From assembly GCA_965206595.1 (NCBI GenBank), contig OZ242214.1, positions 6,048,001 through 6,112,000 on the forward strand: a stretch of 64,000 nt of DNA, in the 5' to 3' direction. Origin of the DNA: Candidatus Latescibacterota bacterium. Its GTDB lineage: Bacteria > Latescibacterota > UBA2968 > UBA8231. The notes under the pieces were generated by a model, which searched no databases, had not been told where the DNA came from, and saw only the letters and a program-made list of their open reading frames with translations. The translations under genes were made by a program, and so were the position numbers. Positions 55,667-64,000 of the stretch are shown here, one piece after another (the first letter of the stretch is position 1; the number at the start of each line of letters is the position of its first letter).

Positions 55667-57040
55667 TCATTCCGGGATGGCCGCAACCGCTTCCTTGAAC
55701 TTCGCTCCCCGCTCAGCGTAACTCGCGAACATTCCGAAGCTCGCACAGGCCGGAGACAGAAGCACTACGTCCCCGGGCATTGCACGCTGTTTCGCCATGG
55801 CTACCGCCTCGGCAAGCCCGGGGCAGCCGGGCTCGATGTGTCCCGCATAACCGTAAGCGCGCACGGCATCCCCGAGCCGTCCTTCCTCCTCACTCGCCAA
55901 CAAAACCAACGCTTTCAGGCCGCGGTCTGCGATCTTCCTGGCCAGGCCGGAAAAATCAGCTCCTTTGGAGGATCCCCCGGCGATCAGCAGCACCGGTTGG
56001 TCGAAGGCAGCGATCGCCGCCAGGGTCGCCTCCGGAGTCGTTGCCAGGGAGTCGTTGTAGTAGGCGACGCCGTTGCGCGTGGCGACGTGCTCCAGGCGGT
56101 GCTCCAGGCCGGCAAAAGATTGCAGTCGCGGTGTCAGCCGGCTGGCGGGGGCGCCGACGGCAACCGCGGCCGCCGCGGCTGCAAGTGCGTTGGCGACATT
56201 GTGCCGTCCCCGGAGTTTCAGACCGGAAGCGTCGCATAGGAGCGTCGCTTCGGCGTCGAACGGGCGCGCCCACAGCCGCCCATCCTCCAGGAAAGCACCG
56301 GCTTCGACAGGGCGATTGATGCTGAACTCCATGGGACGGGCCGGTGAATCCAGGGCGAAGCGGGACGCTGTTTCGCAGTCGGCGTTGAGGATGAGGGTGT
56401 CTGCGGCCGACTGATACCGGCAGATGGATTTCTTGGCTTCCACGTACTCGTCGCGGCCGGCGTGGTAGTCGAGGTGGTCGGCGGTCACGTTCAGCACGAC
56501 CGAGACAGGCGGGCTGCGGTCGAGGTCCTGCAGCTGGAAGCTGGAGAGCTCGAGAATGACGAGATCGGATAAGCAGATATCGTCGAGGAAATCCATTGGT
56601 GGTGTCCCTATGTTGCCCCCGAGCCAGACCCGTCCGTACGGGCCGTCGCGAAGTATCTCGAAGAGCAGGGAGCAGGTGGTCCCTTTCCCCTTGGTGCCGG
56701 TGATGCCGACGATTGGCGCCGGGCAGCGCTCGAAAAACAGGCGCGTCTGACTGTTGAGCGATGCTCCCGCATGCCGTGCCCGCACCAGGGCAGGGTTGAG
56801 GGTGCTGATTCCGGGGGTGCGGAAGAGGAGGTCGAATTCGTCGAGCTTTTCCAGGTAGTCGGGACCGAAGTGCCAGCTCCGGGTGATGTGATGCCATTCC
56901 GCTGTTTCGGGTAGCTCGTCCCCGGTCCTGGCGTCGCAGACGGAGAACTCGATCCCGCGGCTCGCCAGGTAGCGACCGACGCTGCGATTCTCCACGCCAA
57001 GTCCGAGAAGCGCGATCCGCTTCCCTTCAAGCTCTTTCAT
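55667..57040 (-). CDS. murD: UDP-N-acetylmuramoyl-L-alanine--D-glutamate ligase
   Basis: GITGTKGKGTT, ELSSFQL, DHLDYH, HRLE, YNDS, LSPACASF. Confidence 0.95.
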   Translation of the reverse strand: MKELEGKRIALLGLGVENRSVGRYLASRGIEFSVCDARTGDELPETAEWHHITRSWHFGPDYLEKLDEFDLLFRTPGISTLNPALVRARHAGASLNSQTRLFFERCPAPIVGITGTKGKGTTCSLLFEILRDGPYGRVWLGGNIGTPPMDFLDDICLSDLVILELSSFQLQDLDRSPPVSVVLNVTADHLDYHAGRDEYVEAKKSICRYQSAADTLILNADCETASRFALDSPARPMEFSINRPVEAGAFLEDGRLWARPFDAEATLLCDASGLKLRGRHNVANALAAAAAAVAVGAPASRLTPRLQSFAGLEHRLEHVATRNGVAYYNDSLATTPEATLAAIAAFDQPVLLIAGGSSKGADFSGLARKIADRGLKALVLLASEEEGRLGDAVRAYGYAGHIEPGCPGLAEAVAMAKQRAMPGDVVLLSPACASFGMFASYAERGAKFKEAVAAIPE

Positions 57041-57258
57041 CTGTCATCCCCGACGACAACCCATGCCGAAAGCCGAAGAGGCTCAAGGCCATCCGGGGAA
57101 GCGTGGTTTTTATCTTGGCAGCTCTCGACTAAGAAGTCGTAAATCTTCTTTTGCCCGGGTTTGCGAAATCGGATATAATCACGCGCATTCGATGCAGGAC
57201 AGCCTTCCCCGTCTCGAATTTCCCTCGCCCCCATCGCAAATTTTCCACTGCCCGACGC

Positions 57259-58209
57259 ATGAAATTGATCGTGCAGATCCCCTGCCTCAACGAAGAGGCG
57301 ACCCTGCCGGCGACTATCGCCGACATTCCCCGGGAGATCGACGGCATCGACGAGGTGGAGATTCTCGTCATCGACGACGGCTCCACCGACCGCACAGCCG
57401 AGGTAGCACGCGAGTGCGGGGCGGATCACATCGTGCAGTTCCCGAAAAACCGCGGACTGGGGCACGCTTTCAAGTCCGGTTTCGACAGCTGTCTGAAACT
57501 GGGCGCCGACATCATCATCAATACCGACGGCGACAACCAGTACTACGGCGGAGACGTTTGCGAGCTCGTACGGCCGATTCTCGCCGGCGAGGCCGAGGTG
57601 GTCATCGGGGATCGGCGCACCATCGGCATCGCACACTTCGGCTTTACAAAGCGCTGGCTTCAGAGGTTTGGCAGCCACGTGATCAGCCGTCTGGCACGCC
57701 TTCGAGTTCCGGACGTTGCCAGCGGTTTTCGCGCCTACAGCCGCGCCGCCGCACTGCAGCTGACGACATTCACCGATTTCGACCACACTGCTGAACACGT
57801 GGTCGAGTGGGGGCAAACCCGCATGCCGGTGGTCAGCGTGCCGATCCGGACCAACCCCAAGGCGCGCGAGTCCCGGCTGTTCTCCAATGTCGGCGAGTTC
57901 GTCATGAAGTCGGCGATGATCAGCCTGCGCACCTACACGCGTTACAAGGCCCTGAAAATCTTCGCTGCTTTCGGATTCGGTACTTTTTTTATCGGATTTC
58001 TTCTCGGATTGCGGTTCCTCTACTTCCTGCTGTTGACGGACGAGGGAATCCTGCACGTGCAGTCCCTGATTCTCGCCGCGGTGCTGTTGCTGGCCGGCTT
58101 TCAGATGTTCCTGACGGGTGTCGTGGCCGATCTCATCGCGACCAACAGGGCCATGCTTGAGGATGCGTTGACCCGAATCAAACGGCTGGAATTGAAGAAG
58201 CGGGAGTAA
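57259..58209 (+). CDS. family 2 glycosyltransferase with C-terminal TM helices
   Basis: MKLIVQIPCLNEE, IDDGSTD, TDGDNQY, D.ASGFRAY. Confidence 0.92.
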   Translation: MKLIVQIPCLNEEATLPATIADIPREIDGIDEVEILVIDDGSTDRTAEVARECGADHIVQFPKNRGLGHAFKSGFDSCLKLGADIIINTDGDNQYYGGDVCELVRPILAGEAEVVIGDRRTIGIAHFGFTKRWLQRFGSHVISRLARLRVPDVASGFRAYSRAAALQLTTFTDFDHTAEHVVEWGQTRMPVVSVPIRTNPKARESRLFSNVGEFVMKSAMISLRTYTRYKALKIFAAFGFGTFFIGFLLGLRFLYFLLLTDEGILHVQSLILAAVLLLAGFQMFLTGVVADLIATNRAMLEDALTRIKRLELKKRE

Positions 58210-59155
58210 GTATCCCGGGAGGGGAGGAGTAGACGGCCTTCCGGCTGCCGTCCCGGGGATGTGGGAAGCCGAGTTTCATGGCATGCAAGTGATACCCCCC
58301 GTCTCCCGGTAAGGGTGGACGCTCTCCGGCGCCCGGTTCCCTCGGCATGCCGCCGGGACCGAAGAATGTCTCCCCGACCAGCGGAAATCCCGCCGCGGCC
58401 ATATGTATCCTGATTTGGTGCGGGCGGCCTGTCGGGATTGCCATCTCCACAAGAGCGGTCCGTTTCCCCGCCTCATGGCGGCGTTCCAAAACGCGAACCT
58501 GCGTCAAGGACTCCTTTCCCTCCGGCCGGGCCGAAAAAACCTCCCCCAGCGGCGCGTATCGTACGGGCCCGATCGCCACGTCCACTGAAAACCCGTCTCG
58601 CCAAGGATGGCCGCGTATCAGGCCCCGGTACGTTTTCTGAAGACGACCTCGACGGAATTCGAGCGCCAGTTCCCTCTTTGACAAAGGCGTTCGAGCGAAC
58701 AGAACCAGCCCCGACGTTCCACGTCCGATGCGGTGTACGGGTGCGACTCCATCTCCGAACCGGGTTCGCAGCAACCAGAGCAGGGTGTTTTCGAGGAAAT
58801 CCCCTCCTGGCATCACCTGCAATCCGGCCGGCTTCGAGACCACAACCAGATCCTCGTCTTCGCAAACCAGCGTGAAAGAGCGAGGAGAGGCAGGTTCTCG
58901 CCATGGCGGCCGGTGGTAGGACAACACTTGGCCCTTCTGGAGCTTCGCGCCGCAATGGGTCCGGTGTTCATCGAGGCTAATCGCCCCCGATTCGATGCGG
59001 GCTCGCCATTGCGCGCGATTCGAATGCGTGTATCGCCGGGTGTAGAAATCGAGCACTGACTGGCCGGCTTCCGGGCCGGCGATACGGTCGTGATACACCC
59101 ATCCCCGGTTGAGGCGACTGGTGCAGCTTTCGAGGGACGGCGTTTTTGTCATCAA
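58178..59155 (-). CDS. RluA/RluD-family pseudouridine synthase
   Basis: KPAGL, VHRIGRGTSG, TGRPHQIRIH, LHA. Confidence 0.88.
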   Translation of the reverse strand: MMTKTPSLESCTSRLNRGWVYHDRIAGPEAGQSVLDFYTRRYTHSNRAQWRARIESGAISLDEHRTHCGAKLQKGQVLSYHRPPWREPASPRSFTLVCEDEDLVVVSKPAGLQVMPGGDFLENTLLWLLRTRFGDGVAPVHRIGRGTSGLVLFARTPLSKRELALEFRRGRLQKTYRGLIRGHPWRDGFSVDVAIGPVRYAPLGEVFSARPEGKESLTQVRVLERRHEAGKRTALVEMAIPTGRPHQIRIHMAAAGFPLVGETFFGPGGMPREPGAGERPPLPGDGGYHLHAMKLGFPHPRDGSRKAVYSSPPGILTPASSIPAV

Positions 59156-59164
59156 GTTGACGGA

Positions 59165-59202
59165 ATCTTATAATTATTCGCTGATGTAAATAATTATTAC
59201 CA
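59165..59202 (+). promoter_or_regulatory. tandem ARG-box-like (ArgR) operator overlapping the argC promoter
   Basis: ATAATTATT cores at 59170 and 59190 (20-bp period) in an AT-rich patch directly upstream of argC. Confidence 0.6.
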
Positions 59203-59219
59203 ACGGAGTCTGATCGAGA

Positions 59220-60194
59220 GTGGCGAAACCGGCAATTTACATCGACGGACAGGAAGGCTCTACCGGGCTACGCATCCGCGAGCTGCTGGGGAGGCGCGAC
59301 GACATCGATCTGCGGTTGATCCCCGGGTCGGAACGAAAGGAGACCGGTATCCGCGCCAGCTTCCTCCGCGCTGCGGATTTGGCCATCCTCTGTCTGCCAG
59401 ATGACGCGGCTGCCGAGGCTATCGATCTTGTGTCCGGGGCAGACACGCGCATCATCGATACAAGTACGGCTCGGCGAACCCACGAGGACTGGGTGTATGG
59501 GTTGCCCGAGCTGGAACCGGCTCAGCGCGCGGCGATTCGCACCGCCACGCGCGTAGCCAACCCTGGTTGCTATCCGGTGGGGTTCATCCTCGCGGTGCGG
59601 CCGCTCATCGAAGCGGGTATTCTCCCTGCCGGAGTTCCGCTTACCGTCAACGCAGTGTCTGGTTACTCGGGGGGCGGACGAAGGATGATCGAAGTCTACC
59701 AGAGTGCCCCTGCTTCACAAACCACAGCCGGTGATGCCCCGTTGCCGTTGGCCTTGTACAATCTCGACGGCCCCCACAAACATGTCGCGGAAATGCAGAA
59801 ATTCAGTCTCACCGCGCATTCCCCGATTTTCGTCCCTTCCGTCGACCACACCTATTCCGGGATGCTGGTCTGCACGCCGATTCCGGCGGCTAATCTCGCC
59901 GCGGATGCCTCGGCGGAGTCGATTTTCTCCGCATGGAACCAACGCTACGCCTGCGAGCCGTTCGTCCGCGTTGTTTCGCCACGCGAGGCATCTGCGGCGC
60001 TGAGAAACGGGCGTTTCCTCGATCTGGGCGAAACCAACCGTACCAACCGCGTCGACCTTTTCGCGTTCGGCGACGACCGAGGGGTCGTGCTGATCGGACG
60101 CCAAGACAACCTCGGCAAAGGGGCTTCGGGCAATGCCGTTCAGTGTATGAATCTGATGTTGGGATTCGAAGAATCGAAAGGTCTGACCTCATAG
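59220..60194 (+). CDS. argC: N-acetyl-gamma-glutamyl-phosphate reductase (type 2)
   Basis: IDGQEGSTGL, ANPGCY, SGYSGGG, DNLGKGASG. Confidence 0.95.
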   Translation: MAKPAIYIDGQEGSTGLRIRELLGRRDDIDLRLIPGSERKETGIRASFLRAADLAILCLPDDAAAEAIDLVSGADTRIIDTSTARRTHEDWVYGLPELEPAQRAAIRTATRVANPGCYPVGFILAVRPLIEAGILPAGVPLTVNAVSGYSGGGRRMIEVYQSAPASQTTAGDAPLPLALYNLDGPHKHVAEMQKFSLTAHSPIFVPSVDHTYSGMLVCTPIPAANLAADASAESIFSAWNQRYACEPFVRVVSPREASAALRNGRFLDLGETNRTNRVDLFAFGDDRGVVLIGRQDNLGKGASGNAVQCMNLMLGFEESKGLTS

Positions 60195-61574
60195 GACAGG
60201 TGCACGGTCGCTGTTTACGGCAAGCATCTCGCCGCGATCGACGAATTTCTCGCGCGGCTTGTGGATTTTCCTCCCCCTGGCTATTTCCGCGGCGTCGATT
60301 TTCTTCCAGCCCTCGTAGTCTACGACCTGCACCCCGCGGGCCTGGAGTAACTGCAACAGAGCGCAGTTGTCCGCTATTTCGCATAGGGGCAGCCTCGGGA
60401 CGTCCGCAAGCAAATTTCGCACAGTTTCCTGGCTGTCGGGTTTATTTGTGCCGATGACGCCGGTTGGTCCGCGCTTGATCCAGCCTACAGCGTAGAGTCC
60501 GGTAATGGTCTCATCCCCGTCCCGGATGCGGCCGCCGTCGTTGGGGATTGTGCCATTCTCGGCGTCGAACGGCACACCCGAAATCGGAATTCCACGGTAG
60601 CCGACGCTGCGGAACAAGGCCCCACAGGAGAGTTTCTCGGTCTCACCCGTTCCACGTGCTTTCTGGTTTCCCGCCTCTCCGATGAGCTCGTTGCGCTCGA
60701 GGATTACGCTTTCCACTTTGCCGTTGCCGCACAGACGCTTGGGACTCTTCAGAAAATGAAAAGCGAAGCGCCGCGCCTTGTGGGACGGCCCCATTCGGGA
60801 AAGGTGCTCGAGAGCTTCCAGGTTCCGTCGGCGCTGGGGGGCGCTCAGTTCGAATTCACTTTCTCGGCCGAGATCTCTGAGATCGGCGGGATCGACAATA
60901 GGGTCGCAGTCGGCGAGCTCGCCGAACTCCCGGATCTCGGAAGGGGTAAAGGCGGCCTGAACGGGCCCCCGTCTGCCGATCATGTGAACTTTCCTGATCT
61001 TGCTTTCCGCCAGCACTTCCAGGGCATGCTGAGCGATGTCCGTATTCCTGAGCTCGGCGACGGTTTTACAGAGGATGCGGCATACATCGGTTGCCACGTT
61101 TCCCTGACCGATCACCACGGCCACTTCGGTGTGCAGATCGAAAATACGATCCTGGTAATCGGGGTGGCCGTTGTACCAAGCCACAAACTCAGTGGCAGTG
61201 TAGCTGCCGGGCAGATCTTCACCTTCGATACCGAGATTCCTGTCGGTTTCGGCTCCACAGGCGATGATTACTGCGTCGTGGAAGGTGCGGAGTTCGGCGA
61301 CCGTCAGATCTTCGGGAACCGTGACGTTGCCGAAGAACGAGAAGCGATCGTGGGCAGCCGTCTTCTCGTACACCCTGATGACGTTCTTTATCTTGGCGTG
61401 ATCAGGCGCTACGCCGTAACGAACCAGGCCAAAAGGAGAGGGAAGCCGGTCGTATACCGCGACATCGACGACCAGATCTGAATCGAACAGCGCCTGTGCG
61501 GTGTAGAATCCGCTCGGGCCGCTGCCAACGACAGCTACTCGCAGGGGTCGTTCTGAGGTACCTGGGACCGTCAC
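60189..61574 (-). CDS. ferredoxin--NADP+ reductase (adrenodoxin reductase/FprA-like)
   Basis: GSGPSG, GLVRYGVAPDH, GQGNVA.D, GRRGP, GWIKRGPTGVIG. Confidence 0.92.
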   Translation of the reverse strand: MTVPGTSERPLRVAVVGSGPSGFYTAQALFDSDLVVDVAVYDRLPSPFGLVRYGVAPDHAKIKNVIRVYEKTAAHDRFSFFGNVTVPEDLTVAELRTFHDAVIIACGAETDRNLGIEGEDLPGSYTATEFVAWYNGHPDYQDRIFDLHTEVAVVIGQGNVATDVCRILCKTVAELRNTDIAQHALEVLAESKIRKVHMIGRRGPVQAAFTPSEIREFGELADCDPIVDPADLRDLGRESEFELSAPQRRRNLEALEHLSRMGPSHKARRFAFHFLKSPKRLCGNGKVESVILERNELIGEAGNQKARGTGETEKLSCGALFRSVGYRGIPISGVPFDAENGTIPNDGGRIRDGDETITGLYAVGWIKRGPTGVIGTNKPDSQETVRNLLADVPRLPLCEIADNCALLQLLQARGVQVVDYEGWKKIDAAEIARGRKIHKPREKFVDRGEMLAVNSDRAPVL

Positions 61575-61607
61575 GTTTCCATCCGATCAGCGATTTGCTA
61601 CTGAATC

Positions 61608-62919
61608 TGAGCGGTCGGGTACATCCTTTACAGAATAGTCCGGCAACATGGTTTACAGTTTCCGGGGAGCGGCTTTACCCAAAGCGTCGGTGATGGTGAG
61701 CTGTCGTTCGTCCATGCGACCCAATCTAAGGGGACCGAACCCCACCTCCCAGACTCCGTCGTCAATGGGTTCCAAGCCGATGGGTTGTTGACGCAAGGCG
61801 TTACTGACGGCTACTCGATGGGTCTTCCATCGGAAGCCTCCGTTAGTACTGACCAGCCGAACTTCCCAGTGCGCAGGGTAGGGGCGGCAGCTTTCTGGGA
61901 AAAGGACGTGGCGAGGGCTGGTAGAACTCGACCGGAGGTCTTTGTTCCAAGGCCTCGTGGGGTCGTTTCTGGTTGTATTCGTGACGGAAGCGGGTAAAGC
62001 GGTATTGCTGTCCGAAGCGGGACGCGGCGGGGGGAATGGTCGCCTCCCGCTTGAGCGTGCCATGCAGGCGTTCGTGGCGCCCATTCTGCTGCGGGCAGCC
62101 GGGCTGGATGCGCTCGGGCAAGATGCCGAGCCGGATCCACCAGACCGACAGTTGGGAGAGCCGTCCCAGCGCCTGGGAGGAGGCGAAGGGGGCGCCGTTG
62201 TCGGTGCGGAGGATGCGGGGCAGGCCGTAGGTGCGGAAGAGCCGGTGGAAGACCGGCCGGCTCAGTTGCCCCTGGGGCGCCTCGAGGGCTTGGCACCCCA
62301 GCAGGAAGCGGCTGTAGCCGTCGACGACGGTCAGCGGGTAGCAGTAGCGGCCATCCAGGGTCTTGAACTGCCCCTTGAAGTCGGCGGTCCAGACGTGATT
62401 GGGCGCGCTCAGGGGGGTCTGGGGTGGCCCCGCAGGGCCCGGCCGGCGCCGCGTCCGCGGCGTCGGCACCAGGCCATGGCGTTTGAGGATGTCGCAGACG
62501 GTGGTGCGTGCCGGCCAGGGGCGATGCGGCTGCGATCGCCAGAGGAGAGCCAGCAGCTTCTTGGCGCCCCACGTCGGGGGTGTGCGGCGCGCCTCGAGAA
62601 TCGCCTCTACGAGGTCGGAAGACGTAGCGTGCGGGCAACGGACCGGTCTACGCGACTGCGCCATCAAGCCGGCAGCGCCTGCGTCGATATACCGCTGCAT
62701 CCACTTGTAGCCGGTGGGGCGACTGATGCCGAAGCGACGGCACAGCTCGGAAAAGGGGAAGTAGTCCTCGAGGTAATCGGCGATGAAATGCATTCGTTGG
62801 TCCATGACTGAGGTTTCGTTCCAGGGCATGTGAGCACCTCCTTGAGATGCCCAAAGGTGGGCGAAACTGTAAACCATGTACCTGGACTGATCTGTAAGCC
62901 ATGTACCTGGACCGAACCA
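61608..62919 (-). mobile_element. IS481-family element; transposase 62829 to about 61653 with a frameshift near 61870
   Basis: MPWNETS, WTADFKG, RTDNGAPF, QNGRHER; both ends carry doubled GTACATGGTTTACA-like sites in inverted orientation; ATCTGA at both flanks. Confidence 0.88.
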
Positions 62920-62999
62920 TCTGATCACAAACCATTGCCCCTTCAATACTGACGGCACATGTTCGGTTCACAACATTAGCAAGAGGAGGATTCCGTACC

Positions 63000-63791
63000 G
63001 TGCCCTCATCGTCTCGGAGTTCGTCAGAAGATACCATTGCTCTCACGGACGCACACTGTCATCTCGAGGATTCCGGCGATGTAGCCGGCCTGGTGCAGGA
63101 AGCAGCGAGTTGCGGTGTGGTGCGAATGGTTGCGGTTGGCCAGAACCGGGCAACGATGGAAGCCGCACTGGATCGAGCCTCCGAATTTCCCGGTACCATC
63201 CTTCCCGCTTTGGGAATTCACCCGGTTTTCGTCACCCGGCAATCGCGTGAGGAAACTGAAGATGACTTCGACTTCCTGTCCCAAAACCTGTTCGGGGCGG
63301 TTGCGATGGGGGAAGTGGGACTCGACTACAAGTGGGCCCAGTCAGACCAGCAGAAGCAGCATCAAAAGGAACTGCTCGAACGCCAGTTCGAACTCGCCGT
63401 CAAGGGAGCAAAACCGGTCAATCTGCACTCCCGGCGGTGCCCGCGGGAAGTCATGGAGCGGGCCATCGCATTTCACCGGGACAGCGGCCTCAATTCGCAG
63501 CTGCATTGGTTTACCCAGTCGAAAAAACTCGTCCATATCTGCAATGACGAGGGGATATTCATCTCAGTCGGCCCCGCGATCATTCAGGAGGAGCGGTCGC
63601 AAACAGTGGCCGCCGAAATCGCGACTGACCTCATCCTTCTTGAAACCGACGCACCTGTCCCAATTGGGGGCAGAACGGGGCACCCATGTCGCGCCCGGGA
63701 GGTGGCAAAGAAACTGGCTGAACTGAAAGGCATGTCTCTGCCGGATATGGCCGCCCTCACCGAGGCGAACTTTTTTCGCTACCTTGGCTGA
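63000..63791 (+). CDS. tatD: TatD-family deoxyribonuclease
   Basis: DAHCHL, GIHP, GEVGLDY, LHSR, HWF, LETDAP. Confidence 0.92.
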   Translation: MPSSSRSSSEDTIALTDAHCHLEDSGDVAGLVQEAASCGVVRMVAVGQNRATMEAALDRASEFPGTILPALGIHPVFVTRQSREETEDDFDFLSQNLFGAVAMGEVGLDYKWAQSDQQKQHQKELLERQFELAVKGAKPVNLHSRRCPREVMERAIAFHRDSGLNSQLHWFTQSKKLVHICNDEGIFISVGPAIIQEERSQTVAAEIATDLILLETDAPVPIGGRTGHPCRAREVAKKLAELKGMSLPDMAALTEANFFRYLG

Positions 63792-64000
63792 TGAGCGAAA
63801 AGAGCCGTTTTCTTGCTCCGCTTATCGCTGCCTTGGGTTGATTTGCAGGCGAGTCACGAATGCAGTAGTCCCCTTCGGATGTGTGTTATGTCGCTCTCTG
63901 GTCTTAATGGCATTGTCCCGATTTTAGTTGAAACAGCACAGGCTCCCCTCGCTACCTTGGTACGGGAAGGGTACGGGAAGTTTTTTTCCGGAAAACCTCG

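Noticed and set aside
62868-62915. Short direct repeats TGTAARCCATGTACCTGGAC as a CRISPR or iteron array
   Set aside because: Only two units, mirrored at 61615-61660; these fit IS481 subterminal transposase-binding sites

Overview
High-GC bacterial chromosome segment. The dockerin/EF-hand 'DFFLFADAFG' motif suggests a Latescibacterota/Gemmatimonadota-like host (inference only). It has four parts. (1) 1-4545 is a lower-GC phage-like tract of small ORFs with RadC/JAB, a SWIB/MDM2 protein, a tRNA-Asn and an HNH-type N-terminus fused in frame to the C-terminal half of a prokaryotic viperin. (2) 4.5-31 kb is a defence/accessory island. It holds a SNF2-DUF3883 helicase / DUF1156 methylase / PIN / Swt1-HEPN-DUF499 ATPase system, DUF2806, GmrSD, an HTH-dynamin-like GTPase, IS481, IS5, a GH2, Type ISP and IS91 remnants, and an uncharacterised three-gene operon ending in an ADP-ribosyltransferase-like gene. 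(3) 23.3-34.8 kb overlaps the island and is a hotspot around the convergent gltX/glnS pair. The gltX leader plus 5' end is present three times and the gltX/glnS tail-to-tail junction is repeated. The repeats bracket foreign cargo and no integrase is visible. (4) 34.8-64 kb is mostly housekeeping (glnS, dapL, nadA, xylA, murB, glcF, two ABC transporters + DUF1854, cysH, murD, argC, FNR, tatD) with a second IS481. Several +1 frameshifts in short homopolymers and a C31 run suggest some assembly error. All family calls come from motif recognition by eye, not from database searches.
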